DNA of 63,805 nucleotides, filler included, from Octopus bimaculoides (lineage: Eukaryota): the NCBI RefSeq assembly GCF_001194135.2. It is 9 parts of 9 records of this genome, joined end to end, with 100 filler letters (N's around TTAATTAATTAA, not from the genome) between each part and the next. Parts side by side here need not be neighbours in the genome. Positions count along the whole stretch, not along the records: positions 48,037 to 55,269 come from NC_068983.1; positions 55,370 to 56,674 come from NC_069007.1; positions 56,775 to 62,373 come from NC_068987.1; positions 62,474 to 63,805 come from NW_026327919.1; 5 more parts are not named here. One strand, written 5' to 3'. Shown piece by piece: positions 53,573 to 63,805 of the stretch. Positions within the stretch are counted from its first letter, which is position 1. Every line of letters begins with the position of its first letter. Below the pieces are notes generated by a model. It saw only the letters and a list, made by a program, of their open reading frames with translations. It was not told the DNA's origin and did not search any database. The position numbers and the translations under genes were made by a program.

Positions 53573-54419
53573 ATTTTATGAACGCCATAAGAATGAAAAG
53601 CAAAGCCGATCCTGAACATAAATATCAGAGGAAAGAACACAACGCATTCTGTCTGAGCCGCTACCATTTCTTCTAATCTGCAATCCTTAACACAATTAAC
53701 AGACAAATATCTTCTTTACAGATTTTTCGGTAAACGCTGCAAATATAATTGAAGAATAGTGAGAAACTCAAAGGAATATTTTATTTCAAGCATTCAGAGT
53801 TATTTGATATCGATGTGTATCACGAACTTGCGATAGGAGGCCGTACGTATATCAGTACAACATTTGTAATACAATATCTAGGAAAAGTAGAAAATTTACT
53901 GAATAACACAGGGTACCCTCAGGGTAGACACAGTAATAAGAAGTTTATCGGTTATTCTATCTTGCTTTTGCTGCCAAATACAGGACTCCATGGTGTGTAC
54001 TGAACTATTATTGTAGAAGGAATTTATCGGTGATGTATGAGTTCTAAGAGATTGGTAAGGAGTACAAAGTTCTTTCACCCCCGAACTCAGTGCAACACTG
54101 GCTTGGATTTCTTACAAGAATCACAAACATCATTCCGTTACCCGAGTTCCTTCTTCTCGTTGCACCAATTGATTGAAGGAGTACAGTTTTACACACGCAC
54201 GTATACACACGCACATACGCACACGCACAAACAGGCGCATGCGCGCAGAAAAACACACACGCACACATATATACATACCAACACACTACACCGGACACAG
54301 CAGGAACACTGCAAATAATGATAATAGTGGTGGTGGTGGAAGGAAGAGGAGGTGCAGGAGGAGGAGCAGGACGACGACGATGACGAAATAGTTGTAGCTT
54401 TGCCTAAAGCATTCCACCA

Positions 54420-54845
54420 TATGTGTGTGTATGTATATACATACGTACAGGCATGCATACATACACACATACATACACACCTACAGACATGTATACATAC
54501 ACACACATACAAACACACATACATACATACACACACATGCATACATACAAACATACATACAAACATGCATACATGTAGATACATACATACATATTGATGC
54601 ATACATGCACCCATCCATACATATATACACACACATGCATACATACAAACATGCATATATACATACATATACATACGTACACACATACATATATACATAC
54701 ACATACGTACATACAAACAGTCATACATACAGACATACACACGCATACATACATACATACATACATACATACACACACATACATACATACAAACATCTAT
54801 CCATACATACATACAGACATACACACACATACATACATACATACT
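54420..54845. repeat. (CATA/CA)n degenerate array
   Basis: Direct inspection. Confidence 0.95.
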
Positions 54846-55166
54846 TAGCTCAAAGCAAGTTAGAGGTCGCATATAACATTGACAATATGGGGCCAACAAA
54901 AGGACCATGACAGAGCCCAGCTGTATGGAGCCAAGGAAATCAATGAGAGAACGTTTGGTAAGTGGAATGGGCTTCGTTGTTGGTTCAGATACGTGGTGTG
55001 TGTTAGTGTGTGTAAGACGGAAAAAAACGAGGATTAAATGAAAAGGAATTGGGAATTAAGAACTTTGTGGGCAGAAATCTATAGAGAAAAATTAATTTCT
55101 GCTTCATACGAAACAGGAGTCTGTAGGGCCTTCTGTGCTAGACCAGTCTGAACACAGACAGAAGGG

Positions 55167-55228
<62 letters not shown>

Positions 55229-55269
55229 ATCTATCTATGTATATATCTATCTATCTTTATATATATATA

Positions 55270-55369
55270 NNNNNNNNNNNNNNNNNNNNNNNNNNNNNNN
55301 NNNNNNNNNNNNNTTAATTAATTAANNNNNNNNNNNNNNNNNNNNNNNNNNNNNNNNNNNNNNNNNNNN
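55270..55369. other. Artificial 100-bp scaffold-join spacer
   Basis: 44 N + TTAATTAATTAA + 44 N. Confidence 0.97.
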
Positions 55370-56566
55370 GGAGGGAAATAAGAAATAACCAGTAAGGTAA
55401 TATGAGCTCGAAACGTTTTCTACTTGTATATTTTGTAGCAACATCTACTTCTCTGAGGCTGGGCTTAAATCTTAAACGAGAGCACACATCAGAGCACTTC
55501 CAAATATAACACTGTGTAACAAAATTATTATATATTTATTTATTTTCTGTCTTTGTTAAGTGTTATTTCCTATTTGCTTCTATCTACAAATCAAAGGAAA
55601 TGACTACCATTCCCTTCAAATTTTTGTCACCAATTTTCCATTACATTTGAGACAGATTCATCGTTGAGTTACAGAAGCAAAAACATCATTATTGCAAATA
55701 TTCTGCTCAATACCACAGATTTGCTTGTCAGTTGCTTGGCCATAACCAGTTGAGCATGTCCCTTGGTGGCTGACAATACGTGCAGAGGGAGCAGCATAGC
55801 CATATGCTGAGACGGATTCTTTGGGGTTTGAACAAAAGTAACACAAGCAAAGTTTGAAGGAAATGTTAGCCATTATTCATTCTTTCTAGGGGTAAACAAA
55901 TAGGAAATAAGAGTTACTACCCAAGGACAAAAATCGTGTTACATCGTGTTATGGAACATTTCTATTAGTTTACTCTTATCAATGAAAGATAAGCTGCAGG
56001 GTGTGCAATTCTTAACGTCTGAAGAAACATTTCAAAGATCTTCAAGATCAGAAATCACAAACAGTTCGAGTTGTACCTAAACTAGAGAGCAATTTTTGTG
56101 AACTTCTTTTCAAATGTATGTCTGGTTTGAAAAGCTACCAAAGATCTCATGCCAGAACTGAGTGTCGTGTACTCGTATATACACTGAAGTGGTCAAGCTT
56201 TCCATTGGGCAGACAACCATCACAAATATGTATACTTATATACATTCCACAGACACATACCTACAGGTACACACACATACCTACACGTACACACGCACAC
56301 TGCAAACAAAATACACACACACACACTACATATCACACACACTACATATACATACACACGCACACACGTGCTATCATTACACACACACAGACTTGCGCGC
56401 ATGCATATACCCACATATACACACACATACCTCCTTCTCTTGCACTCTCCGTCTTTGAAAAGAACTTTTTCTCCACCCTTTCCCTTCCGGTCATTCTAAT
56501 ATGTGACCGCGTGTGTATCGTTGGCGATTTTCTTTCTCCGTCTTCCCTTCTTTGGACTTTTTCTTT

Positions 56567-56601
56567 ATTTCTGATGAAGAGCTCCGCTCGAAACGTGAAA
56601 T
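56567..56601 (+). ncRNA. Minimal type I hammerhead-ribozyme-like motif (PLE pseudo-LTR type), non-canonical G at cleavage position
   Basis: ATTT-CTGATGA-A-GAGC-TCC-GCTC-GAAA-CGT-G-AAAT: stem I ATTT/AAAT, stem II GAGC/GCTC, palindromic ACGT stem III, position 17 = G. Confidence 0.65.
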
Positions 56602-56674
56602 CCTCTTTCTTTTCTTTCCTTTTTCTGGGCGTCCAATAACACTACTTATTCCACGTCCTCGCGTTGTTGTTTTT

Positions 56675-56774
56675 NNNNNNNNNNNNNNNNNNNNNNNNNN
56701 NNNNNNNNNNNNNNNNNNTTAATTAATTAANNNNNNNNNNNNNNNNNNNNNNNNNNNNNNNNNNNNNNNNNNNN
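56675..56774. other. Artificial 100-bp scaffold-join spacer
   Basis: 44 N + TTAATTAATTAA + 44 N. Confidence 0.97.
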
Positions 56775-56967
56775 CCCACCCATAAGATAAAAGGCAAAAT
56801 TAGCACTAATAAGGCTTCAACATAAACAGACAAAACTAGAAGGTTTAGAGTACTTCGCTGTTTTTCTTTTCCACTGGATAAATTTTGTAAATATTTTTTG
56901 CATTTAATTTTTGGTAGTTGGAAATGTATTTCATTTGAAGTTTTATTTTTTTTCCAGAAAACAAGAC

Positions 56968-57562
56968 ATGGAAAATTTTTCCAGGAATGAGAGCAACACA
57001 ATGAAAAATATTCTGTCAAGAATGTCACGTAAACTCAGCAAACCACTGAAGCATGATCTGAAATTGGGGCTAAGGAGTGGTTGTCAATCAAACTGTGAAG
57101 AAACATCAGAATCAAATATAGATAATGGTGACCAGTTGAAGTTGTGTGACTATTGTGTCCGCAAGAGACAGTTAAAGGAATTCAATCAATGGTTTCCAAG
57201 ACTAAGTGAAGACAACAAACAACGTTGCATCTTAGGATTTGTCCAGCGCCTCTCCAGTCACATTGAAATACTCAGGCGTCTATGCAGGATGATGGCACCA
57301 ACTTTTAAAAAGGACTATGTGTACACTTGCTGTAGACTGATCAGAGGCCAGGAGACAACTCAATCAATCTTTGGCATTAATCAAACTCTGTCTGATAACT
57401 TCAGTAACAAAGTCATTGAATCAACTTTGAAAGGTTATGATGACATGTCAGCACGGAACAAGCTAAATTTTCTGGTTGCTGTCCTTCAGAGATGTGACAT
57501 GCATCACATCTACCTTGTCTACAACTTTGTCACAACCATAGTGCAGGCTGATAACACTCGCA
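56968..57562 (+). CDS. FBXW10: FBXW10/CDRT1-like F-box/WD40 protein, first visible coding exon (N-terminal domain)
   Basis: Acceptor ttttttttccAG at 56956-56957 and ATG at 56968. LCDYCV..QWFPRLSEDNKQRCILGFVQRL..KKDYVY..NKLNFLVAVLQRC resembles the recalled FBXW10 N-terminus (CETCV..EWFCRI..RRFLVGILKQL..KDFIY..KANYTLLLLQMC). Phase-1 donor GTAAGG at 57563. Confidence 0.8.
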
Positions 57563-58085
57563 GTAAGGATTATTGTCAAAAGTTTGCATTTGTTTTTCTT
57601 TGTCTGTTGCTTTGTCCTAGTTCAGCTCTGATCCAGCAGAGTTATGCTGATGAAAAGTTTTCCAGTCATGACCATCTCAACACACTGTATGTAACACTGT
57701 CTTATCTAATGTGTATGCTCTTGTTGAAGATAGTCAGGAGCAATTTGAGTGAAATTTGGCTAGTTTTGACCACATAAAAACTCTTTCAGTGGATCCTTTT
57801 CTCTGAGAGTTTATCATCTTGTCATTAACCTTTGCTCATTCTTGGTATCTTGTGATAAGGGACAAATCCATTATTACTGGACCTAAATTTTGATTTCTTA
57901 CTTTGGTACAGGGCCACACAAATTTACAGGAAAGTGAGTGTAGTTGATTGAATCAGCTTCAAGTATATTACTCATACTTGTTTTTATCAAAACCCTAAGT
58001 ATTCCAAGATAAAGCTGACGAAAGGTTAGAATTGAGCTCAGAATATAAAGTATGTAACTAAATACTGTAAAACAGTTTTGTCTAA

Positions 58086-58380
58086 GGCACATGACTCAGT
58101 GGTTAGAGCGTCGGTCTCACAATCATGAGATATGAGTTTGATTCCCAGACTGGGTTGTGAGTTGTGTTCTTCAACAAGACACTTTATTTCACTCAGCTGT
58201 AGAAATGAGTCACAATATTACTGATGCCAAGCTGCATTGGCCTTTACCTTTCCCCTGGATAAAAATTGGTGGTGTTGTGAGGGGAGTCTGGTATGCATGG
58301 ATGACTGTCGATCATCCACAAACAATCATGCTCAGACTTGTGCTTCAGAGGGGAATTTTCTAGGTGCAATCCCATGGTTT
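58086..58380 (+). mobile_element. SINE family C, intronic
   Basis: A-box-like TGACTCAGTGGTTAGAGC, B-box-like GTTTGATTCCC; body matches 5968-6255. Confidence 0.8.
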
Positions 58381-58481
58381 ATATCTGCCATGTTAGCAGA
58401 CCCAACCTCCTGAACAACCTGATTCACAGCTTTGGTCTGGCTTAAACCATTATAGAATAGCAGAAGAAAGTGGACAGATTG

Positions 58482-58701
58482 TACAAGGGGGTGCTGAAAA
58501 GTTCCTGGCTTTAAGGGTATCATGAAAGGCTTGGTTGAAGGCCCAATGTTCTGAGTTCTTTTACAGGGCTTAGAAAAACTAAAAGAATGCTGCAATAAGT
58601 GTGTGAATCTGAGAGGGGAATATATTGAATAAAATCATAATTAACTGATCCTCCTGTATTTTCTTTTACCCAGAGCCAGGAACTTTTCAGTACCCCTCGT
58701 A
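58482..58701 (+). mobile_element. Internally deleted mariner (MITE) with both TIRs and TA TSD
   Basis: TA-CAAGGGGGTGCTGAAAAGTTCCTGGCT ... AGCCAGGAACTTTTCAGTACCCCTCG-TA. The interior keeps the transposase C-terminus GLEKLKECCNKCVNLRGEYIE*. Lies in the FBXW10-like intron. Confidence 0.9.
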
Positions 58702-58864
58702 TTCTTCACAATTGTCTGTACACACATTTCGTTCTACAGAGTTTTGTAGAGATATTGTTCCATAGAACTATATACATCTCTACACACACAACTGTTTCCT
58801 TGGAGACATGATAGCTCACACAAATATGTTGGGAGTGTGTGTCTCCTGGTAAATCAGACAACAT

Positions 58865-58992
58865 GAGAGCCTCTGTGATACAAGAGAGCCTCTGTGATAC
58901 AAGAGAGCCTCTGTGACACAAGAGAGTCTCTGTGACACAAGAGAGCCTCTGTAACACTGGAGAGCCTCTGTGACACTGGAGAATCTCTGTGC
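58865..58992. repeat. 19-bp minisatellite, ~7 units
   Basis: Unit GAGAGCCTCTGTGA(T/C)ACAA. Confidence 0.9.
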
Positions 58993-59190
58993 AGGTGATT
59001 CTCAATCATTTTAATATCCAGGTCAGACCCCAAACCTGGATTTTTTTAGGGTGCCACACCAAAACATAAAATACAAGTCAATTAGAGAAAAATTTATTGT
59101 TTATAGAGGGAAGATCATTGGGGGTTGGGGGCACAGGATGAATGTTTGAGGGCTGCATGCAGTTCTGGGATCTGCAGTTGAGAACCTCTG
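58992..59190. mobile_element. Possible hAT(Charlie)-type MITE
   Basis: Ends CAGGTGATTCTCAA ... TTGAGAACCTCTG resemble CAGNGGTTCTCAA-type TIRs; the 8-bp TSD is not clean. Confidence 0.4.
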
Positions 59191-59537
59191 TTCTATGCAG
59201 TTACTGGACCTGTGAGAAACAACAGCCAAACCTCCCTCAAATCACATCCTACCATCTTAAAAAAGGGAAGGTCACATTGGATAAGGTTTTGCTAGACAGC
59301 CCCAGAAAGACAAAGTGGTTATAACTGCAATGCATTTGATCATAGAGATGACCTGGGGTTAAAAAAAGAACAACTGTGTCTTACATAAGTGTGTATCAAT
59401 ATGTGTCCACACACTGACATAGACATATGTACCATCTCTCTTCTCTCTCTCCCCCTCTTTCTCTCCCCTGCTCTCCCCTCCCTCCCCCTTTCTTCCTCTC
59501 TCTCTCTCTGACTAATCTCTCTCTCTCTTCGTTGCAG

Positions 59538-59869
59538 GTTCAAAAAAGAATGTACAGATATCTCCAGCAATCAAGCAAAAAGATATTCTTATTGACACTA
59601 GCCAAAATACTTTGAGGTCCAATGAAAACACAACTGAACAGTCCACCAATTTGATAAAAAGATCAAAAAGAGAGACAAACCTGTATCAATTTAAAGACTT
59701 AATTGGTCAACTACCAGCACCATTGGCCAAGTATATCCTCAGTATGTTGGATGAGGTCAGCTTACGCAATGCTACCAGGGTTAGCTCAAAATGGCGCACC
59801 CTAGTAAAGCAGTTAACGAAGGAAGCAGTTCTGAGTCAGCAAGTTGCTGAAGAAGCTTTGCTTTTACAG
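59538..59869 (+). CDS. FBXW10: FBXW10/CDRT1-like protein, F-box exon
   Basis: Acceptor (CT)n-gttgcAG at 59536-59537, phase 1, compatible with the 57562 donor (595+332 nt = 309 codons, no stop). F-box KDLIGQLPAPLAKYILSMLDEVSLRNATRVSSKWRTLV, then ...EEALLLQ and donor GT at 59870. No WD40 exons found before the piece ends at 62373. Confidence 0.85.
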
Positions 59870-59970
59870 GTTATATCTATGTTATATATTATCACGTTCT
59901 CTTCTGAGATGTATCAGTTTTGTGTTTTATGGTATAGCTGACAGATGTGTATTATGTATTGTCCACTTAA

Positions 59971-60185
59971 GGCGGTGAGCTGGCAGAATCATTAGCATGC
60001 TGGGGAAAGTGCTTAGCAGCATTTCATCCGTCTTTACATTCCGTGTTCAAATTCCGCCGTGGTCAACTTTGCCTTTCAACTTACAGGGTTGATAAATTAA
60101 GTACCAGTGAAACACTGGGGTCAATGTAATCAACTAGTCACCTCCCTTCAAATTTCAGGCCTTGTGCCTTTAGTAGAAAGGATTA
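59971..60185 (+). mobile_element. SINE family B in the FBXW10-like downstream intron
   Basis: Full length; another copy at 61215-61445. Confidence 0.8.
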
Positions 60186-60261
60186 TGTAGTGTCTTCTTG
60201 AGAGAGTCATGTATATGTTATCTGTGCTCTTCTGAGATTTGTAAGCCTAGTGTTAGATATT

Positions 60262-60840
60262 CTAGACTGGTACTCCATTGGTTATGATGACAAAAGTTCC
60301 AGTTGATTCAATCAATGAAACAGCTTGCTTGTGCAATTAACATCCAAGTGACTGAACATTCCACAGACATGTGTACACTCAATCCTTGAGCATTCAAACT
60401 GGCCATATCCAGCCCAAAATACTCTACTTGTTTTATGTTCAAACTGGTCAGATTTGACCTCTCATAACTAACTGACAATGTCATTCAAATCATAAACAAT
60501 AACATCATTTGAGACAAATAATTACATAAACAATTACCTCGTTTGAGATAATGCGTGACTAGTTTTTAAAAATGCGAATTAATAAGCAATATTTTTGACA
60601 GAGTAATCTGAATGCTAAGGGGTCAATGTAGTTCTCAACAAGATTCAGTGTGACATACGATGTAACAAAGCTGGCTCTTTAAACTAAAAGTACTTCTCGA
60701 TTTTGTCAGCTGAGTGGACTGGAGCAACATGAAATAAAGTGTCTTGCTCAAGGACACAACACACAACACACTACCAGGAATTGAACTCATGACCTTATGG
60801 TCATGAGCCAAATTCCCTAACCATTAAGCCACACACCTTC
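60262..60840 (-). mobile_element. SINE family D interrupted by the piggyBac-like MITE
   Basis: The two halves rejoin at the duplicated TCAA and align to 9868-10192. Confidence 0.75.
60383..60622. mobile_element. piggyBac-like MITE nested in a SINE
   Basis: Ends TCCTTGAGCATTCA / TGAATGCTAAGGGG, flanked by duplicated TCAA (60379-60382, 60623-60626). The equivalent site is TTAA in other copies of the host SINE (e.g. cccTTAAcgtag near 9978). Confidence 0.75.
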
Positions 60841-61699
60841 ATATTCTATTGTGGGATGTGTCAGGTGCATGCTACATGTTGTCTCCTGGAAGCATCAGCT
60901 TTACATTACATATATTTCACTAAGTTATCAGGTCTGTGTTACATATTGTTACATAACATATTGTTTTCAGTCTGCTGCATTTTTACCTCTAGTTTGAAGA
61001 GGAGATTTATTTGCATTTTGTTTTATCATAATTTGATATCTGTTTTTCCATGCTGGCATGGGTGGCACAAGTTACACAATTTCACTATTCACGTAGCACA
61101 TACAATAACAGGGGAAAACTGGTTAACTCAATTGTTCTCTGGTGTTCTTCTATATTTGCCACTTCACTGCCATGTTAACAGACCCAACCTCTTGATTAAT
61201 TATTAGAACACCGGAGAAAAAGCTTCATGTCATTTCATCCATTTGGAGTTCAAATTCCACCAAACTCACTGGACAAAATGCTTAGCAGAATTTCATCCAT
61301 CTTAACGTTCTGAGTTCAAATTCCACTGAGGTTGACTTTGCCTTTCATCCTTTCGGAGTTGATAAAATAAGTACCGTTTGAGCACTGGGGTCAATATAAT
61401 AGATTTGCCCCCTTCCTTCAAAATTGTTTGCTGTGTCAAAATTAGAATTATTATAGATAAGGCTTATTTTTTATATGGTGACTCATGAGAAAATGTTAAT
61501 GTACCACTTAGTAACACTGACACTTACATAATAGAAACAGGTATAATTAGACTGTTACAATTATTCATAGTTACAGCAAGCCACAGCAACAGTTACATAG
61601 GTAGGTATCGGCAGGTAAATTTTTATTTTCCCCCCTATCCTCTCCACTCCTTGTTTAGAAAGAGAGATGTAGGGGATCTAGAAAGGATGAGTTAAGATG

Positions 61700-62023
<324 letters not shown>

Positions 62024-62373
62024 GAGGACAGTGGAGCTGGAAGGAATGTATGAATGGAGAAAGTGTGAATAGAAAGAAGCATATAAGAGTTTGTGAAATC
62101 AAGGGATGAAAGTAGATTAGCAACAACACTATATAGTGGCCATAGTGAAGTATGAATGTGTTCTGACATGTTGATATGGGGAAGATTTATGTTTGTAGCT
62201 TGTAACTATATATATATATATTTATATAAAAAGATTTTTAAAAAAATAATATAAATAAAATATAAAAGATAAAAAATAGTATATATATAAAATTAAAATT
62301 ATTCATATATACATATTTACAAATATTCATACATATACATACACCCATATATATATATATATATATATATATA

Positions 62374-62473
62374 NNNNNNNNNNNNNNNNNNNNNNNNNNN
62401 NNNNNNNNNNNNNNNNNTTAATTAATTAANNNNNNNNNNNNNNNNNNNNNNNNNNNNNNNNNNNNNNNNNNNN
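62374..62473. other. Artificial 100-bp scaffold-join spacer
   Basis: 44 N + TTAATTAATTAA + 44 N. Confidence 0.97.
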
Positions 62474-62769
62474 TAAAAGAACAAAATAAGAACTTTTCGT
62501 TAGAATGGTCTATTATTGGGAGAAGTTTCCCTTACAATAAGGGTAGGAGGTATTGCAACTTCTGCAATCTTGAGTTGTTTTTTATTCTATTTTCAAAGCA
62601 TAAACTAATTAATAAACTAACATATAATGGGTTCAGATGTGTTCATGTTCGCAAACATACTTATTTTTGGTTTAGATAATTTCATTGTTTATTTTCTCCT
62701 ATAGCTTAATTTTGTTATGATCGGGTATTAGGGCCTGGGTTTTAGTATTTTTAGTTCTGCTATTGCTCT

Positions 62770-62939
62770 ATTATTCGTACATCCGTTCATATACATGTGC
62801 AAGTGTATATACATATGCATGGGTATATGTGGAAAAATGTGTGTATATATGTGCATGTATGTGTGTATGTGTGTATATATGTATATGGGTATGTGTATGT
62901 ATATGTATGTGTGTATATGTGTATATATACTTATATGTA

Positions 62940-63004
<65 letters not shown>

Positions 63005-63259
63005 ATATATGTGTGTGTGTAATGTTTTGTATGTGTGTATACATACACACATACATACATATATATATACACATATATATACATATATACATATACATAC
63101 ATACACACATACATATACACATATACATACATATACATATATATGTGTGTGTGTGTATATGTGCTTATGTATGTATGTGTATATGTATGTATTTGTTTAT
63201 ATGTGTGTATGTATGTGTATATGTAAGTACTTGTAAGTGTATATTTTAGCATATGTGTA

Positions 63260-63305
<46 letters not shown>

Positions 63306-63310
63306 TGTGT
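62770..63310. repeat. (TA/TG/CA)n compound microsatellite
   Basis: Direct inspection. Confidence 0.95.
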
Positions 63311-63774
63311 GTATGTGTATATATGTAAATTTTTGGTGTATTGAGATTAGACTATTTGGGTGCTAATTGAGTGTATTTCTATTCAACATTTTTTGCATCT
63401 TATAACCTATTATCTTTTATGTATATTGATTAATTATCCATTATTGATCACTTCTTGATTATAGGAAAATTTTTTTTAATAAAATAATTTTAGTGGTTAC
63501 AATGTTGTCACAGGTTTAATGGCATAGACTAAGTAGTTTAGATGCCCCTATTAACAATCCCATATACTATTTAGCTATGTTATAATGTGTAATCTGCTTC
63601 GAATTCATTTGATTACCCATAGAGGATACCTTAAATTCATGTATATTGTAGAATTATTATATTATATAATTTTGAAAATAATTATCCTTAGATATCAAGT
63701 TTACATATCATGTATGTTGATCTTGAAGTGGGTTTTTATATATATGTATATATGGATGTATATATATATGTATG

Positions 63775-63805
<31 letters not shown>

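Noticed and set aside
52616-54180. Non-repetitive short ORFs at 52616-52906 (-) and 53749-54003 (+)
   Set aside because: No recognisable domain and no consistent splice-site pairs; cannot be supported without a homology search.
13905-58200. tRNA-like A/B boxes at 13905, 31437, 39699 and 58086
   Set aside because: No complete cloverleaf, and each continues into a multi-copy SINE body; these are SINE heads, not tRNA genes.
58740-58850. Possible extra FBXW10-like exon (..ttctacAG / ttttgtAG ... ctgGTAAAT)
   Set aside because: No acceptor gives a stop-free frame compatible with the phase-1 donor; direct splicing 57562 to 59538 is already in frame.

Overview
AT-rich, microsatellite-saturated, gap-ridden animal genomic DNA. 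The repeat families and protein sequences suggest an octopus (coleoid cephalopod); that assignment is inference. The window is not one contiguous locus: eight identical 100-bp spacers (44 N + TTAATTAATTAA + 44 N) split it into nine assembly pieces. Two host genes are supported. (1) SARM1 (+, 18376-19739): a single uninterrupted coding exon with a ~200-aa low-complexity N-terminal extension plus the ARM (NMN/NAD+-sensing) domain. It runs into a gap, and no SAM/TIR exons are visible in the rest of its piece. (2) An FBXW10/CDRT1-like F-box gene (+): two spliceable exons, 56958-57562 and 59538-59869. The rest is transposon debris: fossil mariner, Helitron, Penelope-like RT, RTE and Tx1-like 3' ends, four tRNA-headed SINE families, and mariner/piggyBac/hAT/foldback MITEs. 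Several dispersed minimal hammerhead-ribozyme-like motifs of the Penelope pseudo-LTR type are also present. Most ORFs in the supplied track are microsatellite or N-gap artefacts. No rRNA, true tRNA or CRISPR array is supported. The best leads are the SARM1 exon architecture and pocket substitution, the hammerhead motifs with the RT-terminal (Naiad-like) PLE, and several dsRNA-forming repeat structures.
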